Source: Kiritimatiellia bacterium (GTDB lineage: Bacteria > Verrucomicrobiota > Kiritimatiellia > RFP12 > UBA1067). From it: DNA of 64,000 bases. A program made the position numbers and the translations under genes. Of this stretch, positions 31,065 to 42,950 are shown one piece after another. The notes under the pieces were generated by a model, which was given only the letters and a program-made list of their open reading frames with translations, was not told where the DNA came from and did no database searches. Within the stretch, counting starts at the first letter, position 1. Every line of letters begins with the position of its first letter. The DNA is taken from positions 1,472,001 through 1,536,000 of the forward strand of contig JBMNFY010000017.1 in assembly GCA_050949565.1 (NCBI GenBank), given 5' to 3'.

Positions 31065-34000
31065 CTACTGCAATATCAGCCTGGTTCCGTCGGCATTGAC
31101 CTCCAAAAGCGCGGGGAGGCTGACAACATACCGGGAGCCGCTACCGTAGACCAGTACGGTGTAACTACCCGTGTGGCGACCGCGCACATTGGGGATCTCC
31201 AGCGTCGAGGCGGTCGCTCCGGGGATGATGACGCCGTCCTTGCACCACTGATAGCGGGTGGCGTCGCGGGCCAATACGGCGAAGAACGCCGACGCCTTGA
31301 CATCGACCCGCTGGTCGGTCGGCGAGAGGATGATTGTCGGCAGGGTACCCCAGCCGGGATCCGGTACCGGCTCCATCGGCGCTACGGCGGAGGGCCGGAC
31401 GAAAACATAGAGCGTGCGCGAGGAGTACTCGTTGTAGGCACCTGACCCCGTCCAATCCGGCGCACCGGTCGGCCGGTTGCCGATGCCCAGTTCGATGGCA
31501 CGGTTGTCATTGCCCCAACTGTTCACCGCAAAGAGCGTCTGGCCGAGCCTGTAGTTGTGAACCTGGAATGAACCGCGCCCGAACGCACCGTTGAGGGTGG
31601 CGGCATTGTCGACCGAGTAGTAGAGCGTGTTGGAAGCGTCGACATCGAAGCGCGCGCGCACCGGGATATCGATTGTGTAGAGGTGTTTGAACGCAGCCGC
31701 ATCGGGCACGTTGGCGAGCACCTCGGCGGGGATAGCCGGTGCCTGCGGTTCGGGCTTGATGAAGACCAGCAGGCGGCGCGAATCCCAGTTGGCACCGGAG
31801 TTTGAGTGTGTCCAGTCGGGGGAGCCAGACGGGTTGTTGCCGATGCCGACGCAAACGCTGTCATTGCCGCCGCAATTGCCGAAACGGCTGAGCGCCCAGC
31901 AGGTCTGCCCGGCGCCGTAATTGTGGACTTGCATCGAACCGTACCCGCCGCCGCGCGAAGCGCCGCGGCGGTCGCCGAAATCGAAGGTGCTGTCGGATGC
32001 GCCGGGGATGGCTGCGGCGTTGGTCTGCTGATAGTCCCAGTCCCAGAACTCGATGTTGCCGGTGTCGCAGCCGTTGGTGTTGACCACCCCATTTACGTTG
32101 GAGAACACGTCGAGATTAGAGACGGTCTGCTGGAAGAAGTCGTCGTTGGCCGGGACTCCGAGCCGGTTGACGCCGACGCAAATGGGGTCGAAAGCTGTCC
32201 AGCAGAAGCTGGTGACGTTGTTTTTGACCAGTTCCAGGAAGTAAGCGACGCGCGTATGGGGCGTGTTCGCAAAACGGGTGGCGTTGTCCACCGAGTAGTA
32301 GGTGGGACGCACGGCGGCGTCGGCGAACTTCGGCTGGCGCGGGATGTCGACGGTGTAGAGGTGCCGGTAATCGGTCACATCCGGCACCTGCTCAAGCACG
32401 TGCGCAATCACCTCGGCAGGCGGATCGAGCGTTTCTGCCGGGACGGGCACTTCCGGACGCGCGAGCACGTAGAGGCGGCGGGAGGCGTAGGCGGCCGCAT
32501 TTTCGGCGAAGGTCCAGTCTTTGTCTGAGCTGTTGAGCGTCTCGGTGGAGGCGGGCGTACCGATGCCGAGACTCACCGAAGACGTACGATTGTCGCCCCA
32601 CCGGTTGATGCCGAAGACGGTCTGGGCGTTCAGATAGTTGTGGACTTGGAACGAGCCGTGTCCGGCACTGCCGCTGAAGCCGCCGTCACCGAAATCGTAA
32701 GTCGAACCGCTGGCGCCCGGTATGCCACGGTCGTTTCCGGTGCCATAGTTGGAGGGCCAAAACTCAATGTTGCCGGTGTCGAACTCGCCGTTTATGACGC
32801 CGGATTTATTGGACCTCACAGTCAGGTTGGTCACGATCTGGGCGAAGATCGCTTTAGTGGCGGTGTTCGGGATACCGATCTTGGAGAGGAAGGGCGTGAA
32901 GGCATCCATGGAGGTCCAGGCGTATTGGCGCGCCGGGGAGGCGAACGGACGTTGGCCGAGCGCCAGATAGTAGGCCACACGGCTGAAGGGCACGCCCGAA
33001 GCCGCAGCGTTGAAGAGGTACGGATCAGGAATGCCCCGCCCGAAATCGCTGCAAACGGGAATGTCCAGCGTGTAGACCACGCGGTAGCCGGCGGCGAACG
33101 TGCCCGCATCCGCCGCGATCTCGGCGGGCAGCAGGTCCACTGCAACAGAGGCGGGAGCCGTGGGAATACCGCCTTGGATATCGCGCAGGCCGGCGGCGGT
33201 GAGCGTGAGCGCGGTACCGGACGGTTGCGGCGTGGTGGTGAGCGTGACGGTCATGAGATCCTTGCCGAGCGTGGCATCGGTAACCGACACGCCGTTATCA
33301 AGCTGAAGGCCGAGGCCGTGACGGATTCGGCGCGCAGTGCGGACGAAAAGGTCACCGCGATGTGTACGCCGTCATACCCGGTATAGGCGGAGAGCGGCAC
33401 GGGCGGATCGCGCGGCACGGGCGCGGCGGCGCGCTTGATAAAGACTTGCAGCACGCGGGTGGCGTATTGCCCGGCGTTGTCGGTAAAGGTCCAGTCGAGC
33501 TGTCCGCCACTGGAGGTGGTCGAGGGGTTCGGGTTGTTGCCAATTCCGAGGCATGTCGTGTAGTAGGCGGTCGAAGCACTTCCCCAGTGATTAAGGGCAA
33601 AAATCGTCTCGCCCTCGGCGGTGTTGTGGAGCTGCATCGAACCATACTCGCCATCCGAGGGGGTGTCGCCAAAGTCAAAGATACTGTCGCTGGCGCCGGG
33701 CACGGAGGCACCGTTCCCAGTCGTGTAGTTGCACGGCCAGAACTCGATGTTGCCGACCGGGAACTGGCCGGATGTGACGGCCGGCGAAATGCTGTGGACC
33801 GTCAGATTGGAAACGGTCTGCTGGAAGAAGGCGCCTGAGAGCGTGGTCGGCACGCCGAGCTTGGCAGCGTCCTGCGTGAAGGCGTCGACCTCGGCCCACA
33901 CGTAAAGAAGCTGCTCACCGGTACGCTGCAGTGCCATGTAGTACGCAACGCGGCTGAGCGGCGCATGGGCGTATGTGGCGGAGGCGTCCAGGCTGTACCC

Positions 34001-35152
34001 TACCTGTTCGCGGCCGTAACGGGCACCGGTCGGGATGTCGAGCGTGTAGAGCGGATCCCAGCCCTCCAGCAGATCCGCCGGGACATTGTCAGCGGCGTAC
34101 GCGGAGATCGGCGGCGTCAAGAAAGCGCGCGTTTCCGTGCGCGTCGCCGAGAACGGTCCGCCCTCGGCGGCGGGCACCAGATCCGTGAGCGCACCGTTGA
34201 ACGTGAGCGAGTATAGGGTGTTTGGCGAGACACCAGAGACAGTCAGCGTGACCTGGCGCAGGTCGTCCGACAACGCAGAAACAGCGGTCACCGTGCCCGC
34301 AGGCGCGAGGGTGTAGGAGGCTGGATTGGTGACGGCCGACGAAGCGGCGAGATCAAGCGGCTTGGAGAAAACGGCGGTCAGGCTGGCTGGAGAAACCGCT
34401 CTGGCGGAGGAGAAGCCGGGCGGCAGGCGGTCGCCGTAGTGCCCGACAATGTTCGTCACGACCGGGAACCACGCGGCAGCCATCTTGGCGTAGCCGTCCG
34501 CACTGGGGTGCAGGTTGTCGTACATATCGGAGCGCTCAAGGTGGGCATGCATGTCGAGGAAGTGCACGCGCCGCCCTGCTGCCTGATGAGCCTGAACCCG
34601 GCCTAAGACATAAGGATTAAAGTAGTTGGTGATCGCGATATACTTCGGCTCAGTGTCATCTGTCCCACGCTTCATAAGGGTAGTCGCTACGATGTGGGCA
34701 TAGGGCCGCGCCTCGGCGATGCGCAGGATCAGCGCGTCCAGCTCGTCGATCGCGTGTTCGAAATCCGGATCGTTGGTGTCGTTGGTGCCGACATGCAGCA
34801 GCACCACGTCGGGGTCATCAATCTGGGCAAGCCAGGAAAGGATGTTCTCGTACAGGCCTTGACTGGCCGCAGAGATACGCCAGCCGCTATGCCCTTGGTG
34901 ATTGATCTCATCGCCGAGCCCGGGCGCCGAATTGCCCGTCGCCGTGCCCACCAGATCAATGTTGAAGCCCTGATTCGTCAACGCGACGTAGAGCGGCAAC
35001 CGGTAACCGCCGGGCGTTGAAACACCGTAAGTGATTGAGTCGCCGAGCGGCATCACCCGCAAGGGGGGCGGCGTTTGGCCGCCGACGTTCAACCCCAGGA
35101 ACGCACACGCCGCACACGCCGCAAAAAACAGGACGCAACTTCTATCACGCAT
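31065..35152 (-). CDS. Large secreted SGNH/GDSL esterase with Ig-like domains and four copies of an uncharacterised GNIEFW/GSMQVHN domain; split by one frameshift near 33300
   Basis: RVMPLGDSIT, HQGHSGW, LHVGTND and DNLHP SGNH blocks. ORFs 33251-35206 and 31065-33290 join as AFS|LDNGVSV if one base is added. Ends in an Ig domain (YQWCKDG..IPGAT) and ADGTRLILQ. Confidence 0.82.
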
Positions 35153-35364
35153 GACCGACTCCTCTATGCTCGACGCCTCTACAGCCGCAATGTCTACGAC
35201 ATTCACAACGATTCGAATGTATCAAAACGAACACCTTCGGCGCAACAGCAATCGGTCGGCGGCGGCAAGGATCTGTCGGATCAGCCAGATCGGTCTGATC
35301 TGACGCCTTTCCTAAAATGGGGATTGTCGAAGCGGTGCGAGCTACCGTATACTGACCCCTGTTT

Positions 35365-36462
35365 ATGCGAATCCTCACCCGATATGTGTTGCGTGAATTC
35401 TTAGTGCCGCTTGCCTATTGCCTGGCCGGTTTTCTGGGAATCTATGTGCTGTTTGAGTTGTTTAGCTCTTTCAACCGCCTCATCGAAGCCAAACCGCCGC
35501 TCTCGACCGTAGTCAGCTTTTTCGCGGGGTATATCTCACCCTACTTGGAGTGGCTGATTCCCGCTGCGCTGCTGCTGGCGGCGCTCTATACGATGTGGAA
35601 CTTCTGCCGCCACAGTGAAATCACAGCGATGCGCGCCAATGGCATTACTTTCCTGGCTATCGTGCGGCCGTTGCTGGCGGTGGCGATTGTGATGGCGGTG
35701 ATCGTCGCCTGCATTAACGAGTTCTACGCGCCTTGGGCCTCAGAATGGGCGAATGACCTGCGCGAGGCGCGCTTTGAGGAGGGTTCGGATCAAACCTTCG
35801 AGAACATCCCCTTCTACAACCAGTCCGCCGGACGTGTCTGGCGCATCAACCGGATGTCCGCCGCCAACCCTAACCTGCTGGAGGGCGTGCGCCTCTCGTG
35901 CGACCGGGCGGACGATAGCCGCTTGGTGGACATCACCTGCAGCAAAGCCGAATATCTCGACGGCATGTGGTGGTTTTTCTACCCGAAATACCAATATTTC
36001 GATGAGTTTAATAATCCGGTCGAAAACCCGACCCCCGCGCTGGCGGCGCTGCCGTTGCGCGCCTTCCCAGAGTTTGACGAGCGCCCGCGTGATTTCCTGC
36101 TGATGAATAAGGCGTGGGAATATTACACAATCCGCGACATGCGCCACTACCTAACGACGCATCCCCATCTGGACCCCGAAGAGGTGGCCTCCAAGACTTT
36201 CGATATCCACGCGCGTTTAGCCGCCCCCTTTTCTTGCCTGGTCATTACGCTCTTCGCGATTCCGGCGGGCGTCGCCACCGGACGCCAGAGTGTGTTTAAG
36301 GGCGTGATCATCGCCATCGCACTCTTCTTCGCCTTTTACGCGGTGTCGATCGGCAGTATGGTGTTGGCCAAAAACGCCTTGGTTCCGGCCATTCCGGCCG
36401 CATGGTTCGGAAATCTGCTCTTTCTCGCTGTCGGCCTCTATCTCTTCTACCGCCAGCGCTGA
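35365..36462 (+). CDS. LptF/LptG family LPS export permease
   Basis: MRILTRYVLREF, three N-terminal TM helices, SEITAMRANG, periplasmic domain, then three C-terminal TM helices ending AAWFGNLLF. Confidence 0.92.
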   Translation: MRILTRYVLREFLVPLAYCLAGFLGIYVLFELFSSFNRLIEAKPPLSTVVSFFAGYISPYLEWLIPAALLLAALYTMWNFCRHSEITAMRANGITFLAIVRPLLAVAIVMAVIVACINEFYAPWASEWANDLREARFEEGSDQTFENIPFYNQSAGRVWRINRMSAANPNLLEGVRLSCDRADDSRLVDITCSKAEYLDGMWWFFYPKYQYFDEFNNPVENPTPALAALPLRAFPEFDERPRDFLLMNKAWEYYTIRDMRHYLTTHPHLDPEEVASKTFDIHARLAAPFSCLVITLFAIPAGVATGRQSVFKGVIIAIALFFAFYAVSIGSMVLAKNALVPAIPAAWFGNLLFLAVGLYLFYRQR

Positions 36463-36497
36463 TACGTATCATTCGTGTGACTCGCGGTTTGAAAAAG

Positions 36498-36636
36498 CAG
36501 AGCCATGCCTTTCCGTTCTGTGTTCCGTGGCTAAACAATCGATCCCGATAGCGATCCCGATCCCGATTTGGATGAAACCATGAAACCTTGAAACCAGAAA
36601 CCGAAGAGCGTTGAAAGTTCAACTGCTCTTTTTAGG
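36498..36636 (-). repeat. Second copy of the ~145-bp composite element at 7388-7532
   Basis: The reverse complement reads CCTAAAAAGAGCAGTTGAAC..GGTTTCTGGTTTCAAGG.TTCATGGTTTCATCCAAATCGGGATCGGGATCGCTATCGGGATCGATTGTTTA.CCACGGAACACA...ACGGAAAGGCATGGCTCTG. Confidence 0.92.
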
Positions 36637-36641
36637 ATCAA

Positions 36642-37169
36642 TCACGGATCTATGCGCACTCTCAGCACGTTGTTGGTGATCACGCTCTGTACGTTTGCCG
36701 CCCGCTCTAACCGGCACGGCAGGCGCACCTGCTTCAGATAGGAGCCCCCACTCCCCGCCGCATCGGTTCGCATCGCCAGCGTCAGCGTGCCGCCCGTCGT
36801 GGTCACGCGCACGCTCTCCTGCACCACTCCCGCCGGCAACGCGAAGAGGATCTCGAAACTCTTGCCGTCTTCGCGGATATCCATCGCCGGCCTGCTGGGA
36901 ATCCGCTCCCAGTCCGACTCAGCCATCGACCGCGCAATCGCGGACATGCTACGCTGCCCCGTTGAGACCCGTAGACCCTCAACAGGTTTTTTCGCGCGTG
37001 CCCCGGAGTGCCGCCACGGCACCCCGTGCGTCGCCACCGGCTTCGCGGACACCGCCGCTTCCTCACGGAGGCGCGCATGCCAAGCGAAACCCAGCAAGAC
37101 AAACACGGCAAGCAGCAGCAGGCGGTCGCACACCGCCCACGCCTGTTTTAACGCTGTTTTCAGATTCAT
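36642..37169 (-). CDS. Hsp20/alpha-crystallin domain protein with N-terminal membrane anchor
   Basis: TM segment LLLLAVFVLLGFAW; PAMDIREDGKSFEILFALPAG...VRV...LTL...VRLP...NNVLRVRI. Confidence 0.75.
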   Translation of the reverse strand: MNLKTALKQAWAVCDRLLLLAVFVLLGFAWHARLREEAAVSAKPVATHGVPWRHSGARAKKPVEGLRVSTGQRSMSAIARSMAESDWERIPSRPAMDIREDGKSFEILFALPAGVVQESVRVTTTGGTLTLAMRTDAAGSGGSYLKQVRLPCRLERAANVQSVITNNVLRVRIDP

Positions 37170-37205
37170 CTTTCTCAATTTCACTGTCGGCCCGCCCAGT
37201 GTTCA

Positions 37206-37221
37206 AGCAAAGGCCGTGCCA
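37206..37221 (-). promoter_or_regulatory. Sigma54 (-24/-12) promoter upstream of the Hsp20 gene
   Basis: The minus strand reads TGGCAC-GGCCT-TTGCT, an exact TGGCAC-N5-TTGC consensus, 37 nt before the ATG; a sigma54 activator is encoded divergently. Confidence 0.8.
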
Positions 37222-37520
37222 TCCCTTCTGAGCGGCGTGCGCCACTCGGAAGGAGTTAACATTTAGGAGTTAGGATTTAGGAGTTTTTACTTAAACATTG
37301 AACGTTGAGACCAGCCTTCTTGACCACCCAATGGCTCGCAACTCCTAAATCCTAAATCCCAAATAAACTTCTTACCTATTACCTATTACCTCTCACTTTC
37401 CCCGCGCCATTCTGGCCGCCAAGCCGTGCCAAGCTGTCACATCCGCACTTGCTGTGCCGCCTTTTTCTACGCTATACTGCGGTTCGTTTCACGGCACATT
37501 CCCTGCTGTAACCGACCGCA

Positions 37521-38921
37521 ATGACGGCACGTTCCGTACAATCTTCCGCTCCCCGCCACAACGTTTGGCGGCTGGAGATCATTCTGCTACTTGCCTTGCT
37601 AACCACCGCGCTCGGCGCGGGTGGCGTGCTCCATTTTCTGAAACGGCAGCACGATAAGCAGGCGCACCTTGCCGCCACCGAGACTGTGCTGCAAGAGGGC
37701 GAGGCGCTGCTCGACACCCTCTGCAGCTTCAACATGGCCACCGCCACCAACCTCACCCCTGTGCGCTGGCGGCAATTCTCAACCATGGTCGACAACGCCT
37801 TTGCTGTGCGCAAAGATGTGCAGTCGATCTCGGTCACGCGCGATGGCGTGACCCTCTTTCATCGTCAGGCTGGCGGCCTGCGCGCCGCGCCGCGCCCGCC
37901 TCTGCCGCCGGGCATGACGCTGCCCGACGCATCGCCCGGCGAGAGCGAAACCGAGATGTCGCAGGGTTCGCTGGAGATTGGCGGCGTGCGCCAGCCGGTT
38001 TTCGTGATTACACGCACCCAACACCTGTCCGACGGCAGTCAGATAACGACCGAGGCCACCTTCAAGCGTGAGGCGGTCGGCGCTGAAGAGCAGACCGCCC
38101 GCGCCCTGGTCTCGTCGCTCTTTGCTTTCTCGATCGGCGTGCTGATCCTCTCCTTTGCGATCAGCGCCGGCGTGCTGTTGATGGCGGTCGCGCGCGACCG
38201 CCGTCGCGAGGCGCGCGCCCGGCAGGAGGAGCATCTGGCTTTTTCCGGTGTACTGGCCAACGGCATCCTGCACGATTTCCGCAATCCGATGTCGGCCGTG
38301 CGCCTTGATGCGCAGATGCTTGAGAAGGAACTGGCGCGTAACGACGGATTCCGTCCCGAGCGCGTACGCGACCTTGCCGGACGCATCGCCCGCACCATGG
38401 CGCGCATGGACAAGATCTTTCAGGAGTTCCTTTTCCTCGCCCGGCCAGCGGATGAACGCCCCGAGCCGGTGGATCTCGATCAGGTGGTGCGCGAGTGTGC
38501 CGACACGCTCGCGCCGCGCGCCGAACAGGCCGGCGTCACGTTGCGGACGCTGCCCCACGATCCGTTGCCGCCGGCCGCCGCCTATCCTTTCGCTCTGCGC
38601 CGCGCTCTGCTGAATGTTCTGGTCAATGCCATCCAGTTCGCGCCGCGCGACAGCGAGGTGACCGTCGCGCTGAGCCGCAACGAAACGGGCCTCGTCATCG
38701 AGGTGCTCGACCGTGGTCCCGGTATCCCGGCCGCGCAACGCCGCACGGTCTTTGAGATGTTCGTCACCGGCCGCCCCGAAGGAACCGGTCTCGGCCTCTT
38801 CCTGACGCGTACGGCGATCCGGCGCTGCGGCGGCGACATTGAGGCCCTCGCCCGCGACGACGGTGATGGTGCGCGCCTACGTATCACCCTACCCTCCGCC
38901 GACTTAACCCCCAACTCCTAA
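37521..38921 (+). CDS. Membrane sensor histidine kinase
   Basis: Two TM helices, H-box LANGILHDFRNPM, N-box NVLVNA, DRGPGI, GTGLGL. Confidence 0.93.
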   Translation: MTARSVQSSAPRHNVWRLEIILLLALLTTALGAGGVLHFLKRQHDKQAHLAATETVLQEGEALLDTLCSFNMATATNLTPVRWRQFSTMVDNAFAVRKDVQSISVTRDGVTLFHRQAGGLRAAPRPPLPPGMTLPDASPGESETEMSQGSLEIGGVRQPVFVITRTQHLSDGSQITTEATFKREAVGAEEQTARALVSSLFAFSIGVLILSFAISAGVLLMAVARDRRREARARQEEHLAFSGVLANGILHDFRNPMSAVRLDAQMLEKELARNDGFRPERVRDLAGRIARTMARMDKIFQEFLFLARPADERPEPVDLDQVVRECADTLAPRAEQAGVTLRTLPHDPLPPAAAYPFALRRALLNVLVNAIQFAPRDSEVTVALSRNETGLVIEVLDRGPGIPAAQRRTVFEMFVTGRPEGTGLGLFLTRTAIRRCGGDIEALARDDGDGARLRITLPSADLTPNS

Positions 38922-38947
38922 ATCCTAACTCCTAAATTCTAACTCCC

Positions 38948-40330
<1,383 letters not shown>

Positions 40331-40532
40331 CGCCCTCCGCGCGCTGCGGGAGCCGCGGGCACGGCAGGCTCTGCGGGTGGTGTCGGCGTAAACGCCGCCC
40401 ACAGAACTGGAGGGCGAGCGTCCCCGCGAGCCGCCTCCGCGCGTTGCGCGGAGGGTGGTTTCTCTTCACCCTCTTTTGCGAATGTGATATGTTTCTGATG
40501 TTTTCCTAAACCCTGAACGGATAGCCCCGCTT

Positions 40533-41411
40533 ATGAACAAAATCTTAAAGAAAACGCAACTTTCAGACAGTGTCTATCGCATGGAGGTCGAAGCCCCGCT
40601 GATCGCGCGTGAACGCAAGCCCGGCCAGTTCATCATCCTGCAGGTGGACAATGACTTCGGCGAGCGCATTCCGCTCACGATCGCCGACGCCGATCCAGAG
40701 CGCGGCAGCATCACATTGGTCTTTCAGACGGTCGGTAAAACCACTCATCTGCTGGCGGAAAAAGAGGAGGGCGACACGATCGTCGCGCTGTTGGGACCGC
40801 TCGGCCAGCCCTCCCGCATCGAGAAGGTCGGGCATGTGGTCTGTGTCGGCGGCGGCATCGGCGTGGCGCCGCTGTATCCGATTGCCCAAGCCTTGAAGGC
40901 CATCGGCAACCGCCTCACCATCATCATCGGCGCCCGCAACAAATCCCTGCTGATCATGGAAGACGAGATGCGCGCGATCGCCGACGATCTGATCGTCGTG
41001 ACGGACGATGGCTCTTACGGCCGCAAGGCGCTGGTGACCGAGCCGCTGAAAGAGCTGTGCGAACAGACGCCCAAACCGGACATGGCCGTGGCCATCGGGC
41101 CGCCGATCATGATGAAGTTCTGCGCCGAAACCACGCGGCCTTACGGCGTACACACGATCGTCTCGCTCAATACCATCATGATCGACGGCACGGGCATGTG
41201 CGGCGGCTGCCGCGTGACCGTGGGCGGCGAGACCAAGTTCGTGTGCGTCGACGGCCCCGAATTCGACGGACACCTTGTTGATTTCGACAACATGATGAAG
41301 CGCCTGCGCGCCTACAAGCCGCGCGAAGACGCCGACCATGAAAAGTACCACTGCAAGCTCGAAGCCGCCGCTGCCCGCCTAGAGGCGGCCGCCGCTACCC
41401 ACGCGAAATAG
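40533..41411 (+). CDS. nfnA: Electron-bifurcating transhydrogenase small subunit (NfnA/SudB type)
   Basis: KPGQFII, ERIPLTIAD, GPLG, GGGIG, TDDGSYG, IGPPIMMK, SLNTIMIDGTGMCGGCRV...CVDGPEFDG. Confidence 0.88.
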   Translation: MNKILKKTQLSDSVYRMEVEAPLIARERKPGQFIILQVDNDFGERIPLTIADADPERGSITLVFQTVGKTTHLLAEKEEGDTIVALLGPLGQPSRIEKVGHVVCVGGGIGVAPLYPIAQALKAIGNRLTIIIGARNKSLLIMEDEMRAIADDLIVVTDDGSYGRKALVTEPLKELCEQTPKPDMAVAIGPPIMMKFCAETTRPYGVHTIVSLNTIMIDGTGMCGGCRVTVGGETKFVCVDGPEFDGHLVDFDNMMKRLRAYKPREDADHEKYHCKLEAAAARLEAAAATHAK

Positions 41412-41423
41412 GGAAGACGCATC

Positions 41424-42917
41424 ATGCATCAAGACCCGAATGTTTTAAAGAGCGAAGCAGCAGACCTGCTGCGCCAGATTGAAAACCAGAATCAGCCTCT
41501 CACGCCGAAGGCGCGCATGGCGATACCGCCGCAGGCGATGCCGTCGCAAGATCCGGCAGTCCGGCGCGGCAACATGAGCGAGGTCGCGCTGGGTTACTCG
41601 CCTGAGCAAGCGCGTTTAGAGGCCATGCGCTGCCTACAGTGCAAAAACGCGCCGTGCGTGGCGGGGTGCCCAGTGGGCATCCGCATCCCAGATTTCCTCA
41701 AGGCTGCGGCGGCAGGACGTTTCGACGAGGCGGTCGCCATCATCCGCGAGAACAGCCTGCTGCCGGCCGTTTGCGGCCGCGTCTGCCCGCAGGAGGTGCA
41801 GTGCCAAGCGCCCTGCACACTCGGCAAGGCGCTCAAGGATGTGGACAAGGCCGTCGCCATCGGACGCATCGAGCGCTTCGTCTCTGATCTCGAACGCGAG
41901 AGCGGCAAACAGGCCGTGCCCGCCGTCAAGCCGCCGACCGGAAAACGGGTGGCGGTGGTCGGCAGCGGTCCGGCCGGCATTACCGTGGCGGCGGACGTGC
42001 GGCGCGAGGGTCACGACGTCACCCTCTTCGAGGCCTTCCACAAGCCCGGCGGCGTGCTGGTCTATGGCATCCCCGAGTTCCGTCTGCCCAAACGTATCGT
42101 TCACAACGAGATCGAGATGCTGACCGAAATGGGGGTGAAGCTTGAAACCAATTTCGTGGTCGGTCGCACACGCAAGCTCACCGACCTGATAGAGAAGGAC
42201 GGCTTTGATGCGGTTTTCGTGGGCACCGGCGCGGGGCTGCCCAAGTTCATGAACATCCCCGGCGAAAATCTCGTGGGCGTCTTCTCTGCCAACGAATATC
42301 TGACGCGCGCCAACCTGATGAAAGCCTACGACACTAAACACGCCCATACGCCGCTCTACAACTCCCGCAAGGTGGCGGTGCTCGGCGGCGGTAACGTAGC
42401 GATGGACGCAGCACGCATGGCGCTCAGGCTCGGCGCGGAAGAGGTGCATCTGGTCTACCGCCGCACCGAAAAAGAGATGCCCGCGCGCGTCGAGGAGGTC
42501 GCCCACGCCCGCGAGGAGGGCGTGGTCTTCCACATGCTGCAGAACGCCGTGCGCATCCTCGGCGACGAGCAGGATCGCGTCATCGGCATGGAGTGCCTGC
42601 GCTACGAGCTGGGCGAGCCTGACGCTTCCGGCCGCCGCCGTCCCGTGCCGATCTCCGGCAGCGAATTCCAGATGGAGGTGGACACCGTGATCGTGGCTAT
42701 TGGCAACGACTCCAATCCGTTGATCAGCCAGACCACCGAAGGGCTGGCCGTCAACAAGTGGGGCAACATCATCGTGGACGAGAACGGCAAGACGTCGATC
42801 GACGGCATCTACGCTGGCGGCGACATCGTGCTCGGCGCGGCCACCGTGATTCTCGCCATGGGCGAAGGCCGCCGCGCCGCCGCTGCGATCAACGCATTTC
42901 TGGCCGACAAAGCCTGA
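41424..42917 (+). CDS. nfnB: Electron-bifurcating transhydrogenase large subunit (NfnB/SudA, GltD-like)
   Basis: RCLQCK.APCVAGCPV, CGRVCPQE.QC, GSGPAG, YGIPEFRLPK, GGGNVAMD, AGGDIVLGAATVILAMG; directly follows nfnA. Confidence 0.88.
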   Translation: MHQDPNVLKSEAADLLRQIENQNQPLTPKARMAIPPQAMPSQDPAVRRGNMSEVALGYSPEQARLEAMRCLQCKNAPCVAGCPVGIRIPDFLKAAAAGRFDEAVAIIRENSLLPAVCGRVCPQEVQCQAPCTLGKALKDVDKAVAIGRIERFVSDLERESGKQAVPAVKPPTGKRVAVVGSGPAGITVAADVRREGHDVTLFEAFHKPGGVLVYGIPEFRLPKRIVHNEIEMLTEMGVKLETNFVVGRTRKLTDLIEKDGFDAVFVGTGAGLPKFMNIPGENLVGVFSANEYLTRANLMKAYDTKHAHTPLYNSRKVAVLGGGNVAMDAARMALRLGAEEVHLVYRRTEKEMPARVEEVAHAREEGVVFHMLQNAVRILGDEQDRVIGMECLRYELGEPDASGRRRPVPISGSEFQMEVDTVIVAIGNDSNPLISQTTEGLAVNKWGNIIVDENGKTSIDGIYAGGDIVLGAATVILAMGEGRRAAAAINAFLADKA

Positions 42918-42950
42918 TCCGTCCAATCCGTCTGATTTGTCTGATCTTTC

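Noticed and set aside
7388-36636. A single 29-kb mobile island bounded by the 145-bp inverted copies
   Set aside because: The interval contains dnaG and an lptF/G gene; independent insertions are more plausible.
37415-37433. Second sigma54 promoter (TGGCACGGCTTGGC on the minus strand)
   Set aside because: The -12 element does not match TTGC at the required spacing.
41424-42917. Glutamate synthase small subunit
   Set aside because: No gltB nearby; pairing with an NfnA-type gene indicates NfnAB.
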